This document shows, piece after piece, positions 39,330-50,543 of a DNA stretch of 64,000 nt; positions within the stretch are counted from its first letter, which is position 1; the number at the start of each line of letters is the position of its first letter. The notes below the pieces were generated by a model. That model searched no databases. It had not been told where the DNA came from and saw only the letters and a program-made list of their open reading frames with translations. The position numbers and the translations under genes are program-made. The DNA is taken from NCBI RefSeq assembly GCF_039654945.1, contig NW_027361709.1:2790001-2854000 (forward strand), given 5' to 3'. The stretch is from Dendrobates tinctorius (lineage: Eukaryota).

Positions 39330-39970
39330 CTGAAAAAGAACAGACTGGTTGCTTTATAATGGTGCTGGAGCTTGAAATCACTTTTGGTAAACAACTTACC
39401 TGCTAGTGAAACATGTACGGTCATGTACAGTGATTTTCATTGAAAGAGATTTACAGTCAAGGACATTGCTACTTGTAAGATTGCCCCTAAATAAACCATT
39501 TATCTGTTCATCAAGAACTTTACGAAAGGTTCCACTGCTGTGAAGAAAGCTTCAGGACACCCAAGAAAGTCCAGCAAATGCCCGGACCGACTCCTAAAAA
39601 AGATTCAGCTATGGGATCGATTCATCTCCAGTGCAGAGCATGCTCTGGGATGGGAGCAGGCAGGTGTCAGTGCATTTCCACACACAGATCCTCTAAGAAC
39701 AATTTCTCCCATCATCCAGCACAATGTGATGATAGACAATGTTCCCCAATGATAGAGACCAGTTCATAATGCAAATGTGAGAATTAAGTGTTTCGGGGAA
39801 CAAAACGATTCCACGACCAGGAAATTCAGCAGATCTTAGTCCCATTGAGAACCTGCGGTCAATCTCGCAAAAAGTGACAAAACCCAGAAATTGTGAAAAC
39901 TCTGAGCTCTGATGAGACAAGTGCGGGCAACCGTTAGTCAGGATTAGCCCAGAAGCCGATATCCAGCTGT
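39330..39970 (+). mobile_element. decayed Tc1-like transposase relic (paralog ~55720-56350)
   Basis: Remnants KKASGHPRKSSK..DRLLK and PGNSADLSPIENL (W.PGNSPDLNPIENLW motif). Confidence 0.65.
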
Positions 39971-39971
39971 T

Positions 39972-42470
39972 GGGAGAAGGGCAGAAGTCTGGAGAATAAG
40001 GGGCAGGAGTCTGGGGATTAAGGGGCACAAGTCTGGAGAAAAAGGGGCAGGAGTCTGGAGAATAAGGAGCAGTAATGTGGAGAATAAGGGGCAGGAGTGT
40101 GGAGAATAAGGGGCAGGAGTGTGGAGAATAAGGGGCAGGAGTGTGGGGAATAAGAGGCAGGAGTGTGGGGAATAAAGGGCAGGAGTGTGGAGGATAAGGG
40201 GCAGGAGTGTGGAGGATAAGGGGCAGGAGTGTGGAGGATAAGGGGCAGGAGTGTGGAGGATAAGGGGCAGGAGTGTGGAGGGTAAGGGGCAGGAGTGTGG
40301 AGGGTAAGGGGCATGAGTGTGGGGAATAAGAGGTAGGAGTGTGGGGAATAAGAGGTAGGAGTGTGGGGAATAAGAGGTAGAAGTGTGGGGAATAAAGGGC
40401 AGGAGTGTGGGGAATAAGAGGTAGGAGTGTGGGGAATAAGAGGTAGAAGTGTGGGGAATAAAGGGCAGGAGTGTGGGGAATAAGAGGTAGGAGTGTGGGG
40501 AATAAGAGGTAGAAGTGTGGGGAATAAAGGGCAGGAGTGTGGGGAATAAGGGGCAGGAGTGTGGAGAATAAGGGGAAAGAGTGTGGAGAGTAAAGGGCAG
40601 GAGTCTGGAGTATAAGGGGCAGAAGTCTGGAGAAGAAGGGGCAGGAATGTGGAGGATAAGGGGAAGGAGTGTGGGGGATAAGGGGCAGAAGTCTGGAGAA
40701 GAAGGGGCAGGAATGTGGAGGATAAGGGGAAGGAGTGTGGAGAATAAGGGGCAGAAGTCTGGAGAAGAAGGGGCAGGAGTGTGGAGAATACGGGGCAGGA
40801 GTGTGGAGAATCAGGGGCAGAAGTGTGAAGAATAAGGGGCAGGAGTGTGGAGAATAAGGGGCAGAAGTCTGGGGATTAAGGGGCAGGAGCCTGGAGAATA
40901 AGGGGCAGGAGCCTGGAGAATAAGGGGCAGGAGCGTGGAGAATAAGGGGCAGAAGTCTGGGGAATAAGGGGCATGAGTGTGGAGAATAAGGGGCATGAGT
41001 GTGGAGAATAAGGGGCATGAGTGTGGAGAATCAGGGGCATGAGTGTGGAGAATAAGGGGCATGAGTGTGGGGAATAAGGGGCATGAGTGTGGAGAATAAG
41101 GGGCATGAGTGTGGAGAATAAGGGGCAGGAGTCTGGAGAATAAGGGGCAGAAGTCTGGGGAATAAGGGGAATGAGTGTGGAGAATAAGGGGAATGAGTGT
41201 GGGGAATAAGGGGCAGGAGTGTGGGGAATAAGGGGCAGGAGTGTGGAGAATAAGGGGCAAGAGTGTGGAGAGTAAAGGGCAGGAGTCTGGAGTATAAGGG
41301 GCAGAAGTCTGGAGAAGAAGGGGCAGGAATGTGGAGGATAAGGGGAAGGAGTGTGGAGAATAAGGGGAAGGAGTGTGGGGGATAAGGGGCAGAAGTCTGG
41401 AGAAGAAGGGGCAGGAATGTGGAGGATAAGGGGAAGGAGTGTGGAGAATAAGGGGCAGAAGTCTGGAGAAGAAGGGGCAGGAGTGTGGAGAATCAGGGGC
41501 AGAAGTGTGAAGAATAAGGGGCAGGAGCCTGGAGAATAAGGGGCAGGAGCCTGGAGAATAAGGGGCAGGAGTCTGGAGAATAAGGGGCAGAAGTCTGGAG
41601 AATAAGGGGCAGGAGTGTGGAGAATAAGGGGCAGAAGTCTGGGGAATAAGGGGCAGGAGTGTGGAGAATAAGGGGCAGGAGTGTGGGAATAAGGGGCAGG
41701 AGTGTGGAGAATAAGGGGCAGAAGTCTGGAGAAGAAGGGGCAGGAGTGTAGAGAATCAGGGGCAGAAGTGTGAAGAATAAGGGGCAGGAGTGTGGAGAAT
41801 AAGGGGCAGAAGTCTGGGGAATAAGGGGCAGGAGCCTGGAGAATAAGGGGCAGGAGCCTGGAGAATAAGGGGCAGGAGTCTGGAGAATAAGGGGCAGAAG
41901 TCTGGAGAATAAGGGGCAGGAGTCTGGAGAATAAGGGGCAGAAGTCTGGAGAATAAGGGGCAGGAGTGTGGAGAATAAGGGGCAGAAGTCTGGGGAATAA
42001 GGGGCAGAAGTCTGGGGAATAAGGGGCAGGAGTGTGGAGAATAAGGGGCAGGAGTGTGGGAATAAGGGGCAGGAGTGTGGAGAATAAGGGGCAGAAGTCT
42101 GGAGAAGAAGGGGCAGGAGTGTAGAGAATCAGGGGCAGAAGTGTGAAGAATAAGGGGCAGGAGTGTGGAGAATAAGGGGCAGAAGTCTGGGGAATAAGGG
42201 GCAGGAGCCTGGAGAATAAGGGGCAGGAGCCTGGAGAATAAGGGGCAGGAGTCTGGAGAATAAGGGGCAGAAGTCTGGAGAATAAGGGGCAGGAGTCTGG
42301 AGAATAAGGGGCAGAAGTCTGGAGAATAAGGGGCAGGAGTGTGGAGAATAAGGGGCAGAAGTCTGGGGAATAAGGGGCAGGAGTGTGGAGAATAAGGGGC
42401 AGGAGTGTGGAGAATAAGGGGCAGAAGTGTGGAGAATAAGGGGCAGGAGTGTGGAGGATAAGGGGCAGGA
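39972..42470 (+). repeat. 22-bp G-rich minisatellite (GGAGAATAAGGGGCAGGAGTGT), about 110 units
   Basis: Direct inspection; the minus-strand ORFs repeat every 22 aa (three units). Confidence 0.97.
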
Positions 42471-42982
42471 TACTTGGCATCAATCTATTTTTTTTCTTAT
42501 GAATGATACAAAACACTGTTAGGGCTGGCAGATCCGAAAACAAGTCAATAAAATATTTAATCCAAATATAGGAAAATAAGTTTACACTTGACCAAAACCA
42601 AAAGACCCTCACTTCTCATCTATTAAGGTGATGGGGTAAAATATATATTCAGCCACACCCACTCCACATAGGAACCAATCACTAAGCAGCATTCTTTTCA
42701 GTAGAGCTGTTTGAAAGATGAAAGCTGAGCTGTGATTGGTTGCTATGAGCAACAGTTTTCCTTGTAGACAGTTGTGGTAAGTGAGGCCTAATATTCTTCT
42801 TTCTATGGTGTTATCGTCGTTCTGTAAAGCTGGAAATAACAATTACTATGCTGACACAGACCACCCTCTGACACCGACTGCAGGGGGAGCCCAGTATCAC
42901 ACAGGATAGGATTTCTATTTCTGCTATACGTTTTCATCTTCAGAAATATAGTTTTTAATGTGTTGACTTACAAAACTATATT

Positions 42983-44825
42983 GTGGAGGTTTTACAGTTT
43001 TTGTTATCACATAATTATTTTCTTTTTGATAAAAAGTTCTTCCTACAAAATAACGAAGTTTCCATGGGAGCCAAATTCTCACCATCTGTGGCCAATTTGG
43101 TCATGGCTTGGTGGGAAGAGCTTTTTATCTTTAATGTTGATAATCCTTTTTTTGACCATATTGAATGGTATGCTAGGTATATAGATGATTTGTTACTGAT
43201 TTGGAAAGGCGACATTAACATTATTCCTATGTTTCTAGATTACATTAATTTGAATGAATTTAATTTGGAATTTACTTATTTTTTTGATTCGCATGGTATA
43301 TATTTCTTGGATCTTTGTTTAACGGGAAAATCACATCAATGTATCTCTACTGCCACCTATAGAAAGGAAACCGCAGGTAACACCATGCTTCATGCTCTTC
43401 ATGCTCGTAGTTACCATCCAGCCCATACCATCAAAGCTATCCCTGTGGGAGAACTCACACGTGCTAAAAGAAATTGTAGCACAGAGGAGAGAGCTATAAA
43501 AAAGAGTTCTTTTCTATTAAAAATCGCTTAAATAAAAGAGGTTATCCTAACTGGACGATTCAGAGAGCTGCAAATATTGTAAATAAAAAATCAAGGGATA
43601 CACTGATCAATTCTAATTCTTACATTAATAAAAACAGTGATTGTCCGACTTTAATCCTTACATATAGTCCCTATTTTAATCAGATTTGCAGGATTATTAA
43701 TAATAATCTACATATTTTGCAGAAAGATGATATTATTAATGAAATATTGAAAGATGGAATTAAAATAGTCTCCAGAAAGGCATTAACATTAGGAAACAGC
43801 CTGTCACCTAGTTTATATCGTTCAGAGCAATCTTATAATGGTGATAAAGGTAACTGGCTATCTATAGTAGGATATCACAAGTGTGGCCAATCACCATGTA
43901 AAACTTGTTGTTTTTCATCTAAAACTTTATCTTTTTCTAATTCTGCAAATAATAAGGCATATAAAATTAAAGAGTTTTTAAATTGCACCTCAAATTACGT
44001 TGTTTATATAGCTGAATGCACTAAATGTGGTTTAAAATATGTAGGATCTACTATTCAAAAACTAAAAGAGAGAATGCATGAACATCTATATGATGTCGGG
44101 CAAACTACTACCAGAAATGTTTCTAATTTATCAAAGCAATTTACTTCTGTTCATGACAGGGATTTTTCTGGCTTGAAGATTTATGCAGTAGAAAGGATTA
44201 GGCCTTTTTCACACTTCCGTTTTTGACCATCAGTCAAAATCCACCAGGTTTTGAAAAAAACGGATCCACCATTTTTTTTTTGCGGATCCGTTTTTTCCCC
44301 ATTGAGTTGCATTACTGGCGGATCTTGACGGATGGCCATCCGTTGGATCCGTTTTTGTGAGGATCCTCCAAATTTTTTTCGTCCGCCGGCATGCTTGGAC
44401 GGACCATGCAACGTTTTTTTTTGTTGTTGGATCCGCATTTTCCATTGCGCATGCCCGGAGAAAGGAAGTCAGGGAGAAAATTAACCCTGAAATCCTTTCT
44501 GGCGGAGGAATAAAATTCTCTCTCTCTCTCTCTCTCCCCCCTTCCCGGCCAGCGTTTCCTTTAAAATTCTTCATTCTGAGGATCCGTCACTAAACGGATC
44601 CTGTGCCATCCGTTCACATCAGTTAGGAATGGATCCGCTCTTCCGCCTTTTTGGCGGATTTTAACTGACACAAAAAACTGAAGTGTGAAAGAGGCCTTAG
44701 AAGGAATGTACGAGGTGGAGACAGAGAAAAACTCCTAAGGAACCGAGAGCCATATTGGATATATGTGCTTGATACACGTGTTCCTTTGGGATTAAATTTG
44801 AAAAAGGAATTAATGCTGTACAATT
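42983..44825 (+). pseudogene. PLE reverse transcriptase plus GIY-YIG endonuclease, frameshifted and MITE-interrupted
   Basis: RT motifs SMGAKFSPSVANL and YARYIDDLLLIW; cysteine-rich linker C..SPCKTC; GIY-YIG motif VVYIAECTKCGLKYVGST; C-terminal REPYWI..LDT..PLGLN. Confidence 0.85.
44201..44696. mobile_element. PIF/Harbinger-type MITE nested in the PLE
   Basis: TTA|GGCCTTTTTCACACTT ... AAGTGTGAAAGAGGCC|TTA. Empty site at ~47605. Confidence 0.9.
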
Positions 44826-45456
44826 GAATTTTTATATCTTTTTAATATGTTATGTTATAAATAGGTTTTTGTTTTTTTGTTATTGTTTCTTTTTTCTTTT
44901 TTTTTTATATTATTTCTATATCAATTGTGCACTTTTGATTAGATGATTTTTATCACCTGTGATTGAGTTTTATATGTGGTTCAGCTGATATTCCACAGCC
45001 ACTCTGAGTCTAAGAGCACTCATGCTCGAAACGCGTACAGAGATCTGGAGAATATCCCCATGCGGTAATTTTGTTGCCGATATTTGATCACAAGCAGCCA
45101 TGAATTTATTTTAAACATGATTCAATAAAAATCCTGGATTTTAATTTCTGGAGCTGGACCTTCCTTTCTTTTCTTGGATTTCATTATACGTCCTGGCAGA
45201 ACCGTGTCCGTGCTCAGTCTTCCCAATAGTTCTTATGAACTTACAAAAGGTGAGCTGAAATTTATCTTTCTCAGTACTTATCTCCTGCCTTTTTCGTGCT
45301 CCCTTTTCTATGGACTTGAAAACCCTAAAAAGCACTTGACTTTATGTGCTTAAACCCACAATTTATGGGTTTTGTTCATGTGGCTAGCTGGTGTATTGTG
45401 ATCACTGGGGATTTCTTCTAAATTATTTTTATGTACAGCAATATTTTCCTTATACC

Positions 45457-46851
45457 ATGGACACAGATCCAAGCAGACGTGAACGTGCTGCATTAGTATT
45501 CCAATCTGTTGCAAACCCTCTGGATACTCCACCTGACCAACTTAACCTCATTCATGAAATAGAGAGATTATCCTCTGGTGAAACCCGTGTTTGGTGGGAT
45601 AAGACCACATTAGAGAACTCTATTCAAAAGCACATGATACCGCGTGGTCTGAGAATTAAAAAGATTCCAACAACAGTTTTCAATGAGGATTTTGTACAGG
45701 CTTGGAACACTATTTTGTCTGACTGTTCCATAAGATTGATGGAACTAATTATCAAGTATGAAGACCAAGAACTGACATGTGTTCAAGCTGATTTGGATAA
45801 AAATTTGTCTCTATTAAAGTCTTTCATGGCGGCACAACCATATGAGAATTTCCATAAGGATCTAAAAGTAAAAACACTAGTTTTGGAAGATTCTATTGTG
45901 GAGGTTAAGAAAAGGAAATTTAATCGAGACATTTTTGATTACTCTAATGATCAAGTTTATGAGTGGGGCAGGTGGGAAAGAGTAAACCATACACTCAAAT
46001 CTATTCTAAAGAAAAAGCCTCGTACTTTTGTGAACACTGCCCATAAGAAACAAGTTACCTTTTCCTCATCGGATTTGGAGTCATCGGATATCTCCACTGA
46101 TCCATCATGTGAATTCTCTGATAATAGTCGTACTAGGAAAAATAAATCTCAACCTAATTACTGCAAAAAGTCACAGAGATCCTTGTCAAAAAAACGCACA
46201 AGGAGGGGAGGACGGAAACACACAAGACATGCCGATGTTTCTGAAATCTCGTCTGAGGAGCTCCAGCAAAACACATCATTAGATGTTATTAACCTGTCCT
46301 CTTTTTCTTTATCTCCGGCGGAGTTGAAATTATTATCTAAAGGATTGAACTTTGCACCTCTTAATCTTAATTTAGATGTCTTTTCCACTCTTAAAGACAT
46401 AAATAAATTTGTCAGGGATCTTACTGTTAAAAAACATTTTTTTGCGGATAATGAATCTCATGATATATACAAGGTTCCACAAGATAATGTTTTTCTTGGT
46501 AGGAATTTTTTGGAGCAGTCCTGTCTGTTGAATTTGGTTGATTTGGATAATTCTAATGATTCTTCTGATGTATTAACCTCATATTTCCCTTTCAGAACAA
46601 AGAATCCATTATTTTATCCTGTTCAAGCTAGGACTAGTGAAATGGAAATTTTCCAAGATCATGTGGAGAGAGATAGCAAACATTTAATAAATAATAGAAA
46701 TAGTAATTCCTTTAAATCTTACCTGACGGTTGCTGAAAGAAAAGCTTTAATTGATCTCAAATCTAATAATCAAATTATTATTAAAATGTCGGATAAAGGC
46801 GGCTCCGTTGTTGTCATGAGAAAGATTATTCTTTGGCTATTAATAAAATGA
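45457..46851 (+). pseudogene. N-terminal part of the PLE polyprotein (464 aa open), breaks at the start of RT
   Basis: ACCATGG start; MIPRGLRIK motif, basic KKRTRRGGRK, VINLSSFSLSPAELKLLSKGLNFAP and IIIKMSDKGGSVVVM (RT motif 1), then a frameshift. Confidence 0.8.
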
Positions 46852-46919
46852 TCTCAGAAAATTCAATATATACTCCCTTACAAGGTGATCCCACTAATTT
46901 TTTCTTAAAAAAGATCAAG

Positions 46920-47526
46920 GATATAATCTGTGGGGGAGACAGGGCAAAAGCTTAGAACAAGGATGAATGCTCATCGTCACACAATAAGAGAAAAAAGAAT
47001 GGATCTACCTGTGGCAAAACATTTTTGTATCCCTGACCACAGCAATATGGATATGAAATTACTGGTATTGAAAGGTAACTTCACATCTCAGAGAGGGAGA
47101 AGAGTTTGTGAGTATAAATTTATGACAACCTTTGACACTCTCAGTGCTGGAATGAATGTGTCGCATGGATTTATGTCTTTTTACATCAATTAAGGAATTT
47201 GCTTGTAAGACCTTGTGGAGGCATCACAACACATTAGGAGACCCCAATCAGAGGACTATAAAACATCCGGACTCCTTATCTATGAACTGGTCCAATGTTT
47301 ATGCTTCTCCCTCTCCCATATTGATAGTTCTGCTTCACGTCACTTGTCTCATCTATTGCATTTATTCTATGCTGTATTGTGCATAAATATGTGACTCTTC
47401 AGATTTTGTATTAGTCTATGCCCGATGAAGAGACCTGAGTAGTCTCGAAAGCTTGCAATGTGTTACCATCTTTTCAGTTCACCATTAAAAGGTATCAACC
47501 ACTGAGGACTCTCAATTCTGAATATT
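46920..47526 (+). mobile_element. 3' end of a second PLE family (GIY-YIG C-terminus plus hammerhead motif) replacing the core of the first
   Basis: GETGQKLRTRMNAHR...PVAKHF...FDTLSAGMN; hammerhead-like motif at 47419-47457. Confidence 0.8.
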
Positions 47527-48080
47527 TTTCTAATTTATCAAAGCATTTTACTTCTGTTCATGACAGGGATTTATCTGGCTTGAAGATTTATGCAGTGGAA
47601 AGGATTAAAAGGAATGTACGAGGTGGAGACAGAGAAAAACTCCTAAGGAACCGAGAGCCATATTGGATATATGTGCTTGATACACGTGTTCCTTTGGGAT
47701 TAAATTTGAAAAAGGAATTTATGCTGTACTATTGAATTTTTATATCTTTTTAATATGTTATGTTATAAATAGGTTTTTGTTTTTTTGTTATTGTTTCTTT
47801 TTTCTTATTTTTTGATATTATTTCTATATAAATTGTGCACTTTTGATTAGATGATTTTTATCACCTGTGATTGAATTTTATATGTGGTTCAGCTGATATT
47901 CCACAGCCACTCTGAGTCTAAGAGCACTTGTGCTCGAAACACGTACAGAGATCTGGAGATTATCCCCATGCGGTAATTTTGTTGCCGATATTTGATCACA
48001 AGCAGCCATGAATTTATTTTAAACATGACTCAATAAAAATCCTGGATTTTAGTTTCTGGAGCTGGACCTTCCTTTCTTTT

Positions 48081-48590
48081 ATAGGATTAGATACACGGCT
48101 CAGCAGTCAGTATCACACAGGATAGGATTAGATACACAGCTCACCAGACAGTATCATACAGGAGAGGATTAGATACACAGCTCAGCAGTCAGTATCACAC
48201 AGGACAGAACTAGATACACAGCTCAGCAGTGAGTATCACACAGGAGAGGATTAGATGCACGGCTCAGCAGTCAGTATCACAGAGGATAAGATTAGATACA
48301 CGGCTCAGCAGTCAGTATCACAGGATAGGATTAGATACACGGCTCAGCAGTTAGTATCACACAGGATAGGATTAGATACACAGCTCAGCAGTTAGTATTA
48401 CACAGGAGAGGATTAGATACACGGCTCAGCAGTCACTATCACACAGGATAGGATTACACAGCTCAGCAGTTAGTATTACACAGGAGAGGATTAGATACAT
48501 GGCTCAGCAGACATCACACAGGATAGGATTAGATAAACGGCTGAGCAGACATTATCACACAGGATAGGGTTAGATACACAGCTCAGCAAC
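48081..48590 (+). repeat. 40-bp minisatellite, copy B
   Basis: Same unit as 29421-30072. Confidence 0.92.
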
Positions 48591-48591
48591 A

Positions 48592-49054
48592 GGATGTGCC
48601 AAAGGAGAGGACATTTTCATTCCAAGAATTCCACTCATTCTATCTGATTTGCCTTTTGATTTTCAACACCTCCAGTTTCCACTTTGACTGGCATTTGCAA
48701 TGTCTATTAACAATGCTCAGGGACAGTCCTTGAAAGTAGTAGAGATCGATTTGCAATCTCCATGCTTTTCTCATGGTCAACTTTACGTGACCTGTTCAAA
48801 AGTTGGAACTGCCAAACATCTGTTCATCTTTGCACCAAAAGGAAAAGACAAAAATGTTTATCAAAAGGCTCTTGAATGAGTTGAAAATAAAATACTATCA
48901 ATACTTGGGTAATAGTTTAGTTAATTTGTGTTGAAAATCTGTAGTGTTGAATATATGATGTGAAATGTTTTTATGTGCAATATAATCATTATAATTTGTT
49001 ATAACTAACCACAGTTGGTTATTATGCCCGAGCAACACTGGTCTCTTCAGCTAG
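48592..49054 (+). mobile_element. Helitron 3' fragment, copy 3
   Basis: Paralog of 30074-30537, with an in-frame TGA. Ends CTAG|T. Confidence 0.87.
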
Positions 49055-49094
49055 TATTAAATGGAGCAAAAGCTACTTGGCATAGCAACTGTTA

Positions 49095-49474
49095 GGCTGT
49101 GTGCACACGCTGCGGATACTGCTGCGGTTCCGCAGCGGGTTTGGCCGCTGCGGGTCCGCAGCAGTTTTTGCTGCGGTGTACAGTACCATTATTCCCTATG
49201 GGAATCAAAAACCGCAGTGCAGACGGTGCGGAATTTTCCGCGCGGATTATCTGCGGTTTTCAATCCGCAGAAAGAATTGACATGTCAATTCTTTCTGCGG
49301 ATTCTGCTGCGGTTTGCCATCTCCTCCATTGAGGAGATGAAAAACCACAGGGCAAAACCGCAGAGCAATCCGCAGGTAAAACCGCAGGTCTTTTGAACTG
49401 TGGTTTCACCTGCGGATTTTACAAAATCCGCGAGGATGAATCCGCACCACAATCCGCAGCGTGTGCACGTACCC
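49095..49474. mobile_element. PIF/Harbinger-type MITE
   Basis: TTA|GGCTGTGTGCACACGCTGCGG ... CCGCAGCGTGTGCACGTACCC|TTA. Empty sites at ~22774 and ~30575. Confidence 0.9.
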
Positions 49475-50472
49475 TTATTAAGTTGGTGCAGGAAGTACTT
49501 ATCCCTGGTCTATGGTGAGCAAGAGCTCCCACAGGGTCCTATTGCACTTAACACCACAGCCGCATGATCAGACCAAATACTACTGCCACGTGGTAAAATA
49601 ACTGTAGGAAACATTACTGAAAAATACCGCCATATCATAACCTGTGAGAACCACTGGGCAGGTAAACTCAAGACGGACCAGATGCAGGTGACTCAGGGGT
49701 GTGTGTTTTTTTTTTCTTTTTTTTCTTTGTATGTACACTCTGTCTGGGCCAGACCACGATCAAGGTTGCTCCAGCTATGAGTTTTCTCTGCAAACTTTGT
49801 TGACCTAGATTTCCCAAACCCGACATGATTGACTTGTATCCTCCACCCCTAGTTCTACACTGCTTCTACATAAGCTACAAAGTATCTATCATCCTGCAAT
49901 CAATTTCCTCTTAATTAGAGACTGTAAATATTATAAAGAAATAATGCTTGCATTTCCTGCCCTTACCCCTGTGACAAATGTAATGGCATCAGATTGGCCA
50001 CACTGCCTAAGTGCAGGTACAGCTTGCCTTTTACTGTTGTCATAAACTGTAAACAAAGCAGGGTCAATATTGGGGTTTATCAGGAGTAGAAAAAATAATA
50101 GGGCAAGAAGGACATGTTGGCAGCAGTAACCCGCCCATACAATACCAGTGCTTGGTGTGGGGAAGGCCATGGGGAATGAGACGGGTAGTGTCCTGTGGCC
50201 TAACATAGGTGTTTCTGTCTGCCTGTAGGGGGAGCTCTCTAAGGACAGATTTATTATTGCAGACAAGGAGTTTTATACCCTGGACTTCAGAGAGCGCCTC
50301 CTAGTGGTCTGTTACGTACAGTATAGTCTTATATGTTGTATAATCAGCGAGTGCCGTCTATTAACACGTAGCGTCATGTAACCTTCACATGTTGCCAGAT
50401 AACGGTGGTATTGCTGATATTACTGAAGGACGACTGGTTAATGTGTAATAAATAATCCTTCTCCAGTCTGAA

Positions 50473-50478
50473 TATAAA
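50473..50478 (+). promoter_or_regulatory. TATA box of HAAF-like gene copy B
   Basis: TATAAA 71 nt upstream of the ATG at 50544. Confidence 0.65.
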
Positions 50479-50543
50479 GCACCTGGTGCTCAGATCCCAC
50501 TGTCATCTACTGAACCTCCTCAAGACCTAGACTGCCCCTCACA

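Larger units (their letters stand above)
42914..48080 (+). mobile_element. composite Penelope-like retroelement (GIY-YIG endonuclease type), partial tandem structure
   Basis: 8-bp TSD ATAGGATT (42906-42913 / 48081-48088) inside the 40-bp array; empty in copy A. A 5'-truncated RT-EN copy is followed by a second copy, and the 3' ends (~44120-45170 and ~47527-48080) are direct repeats. Confidence 0.9.

Noticed and set aside
39693-42612. Minus-strand ORFs of 441 and 578 aa (also 351 and 265 aa at 56509-59485)
   Set aside because: These are translations of the stop-poor strand of the 22-bp minisatellite; all frames give the same PLILHTPAPYSPHSC pattern.
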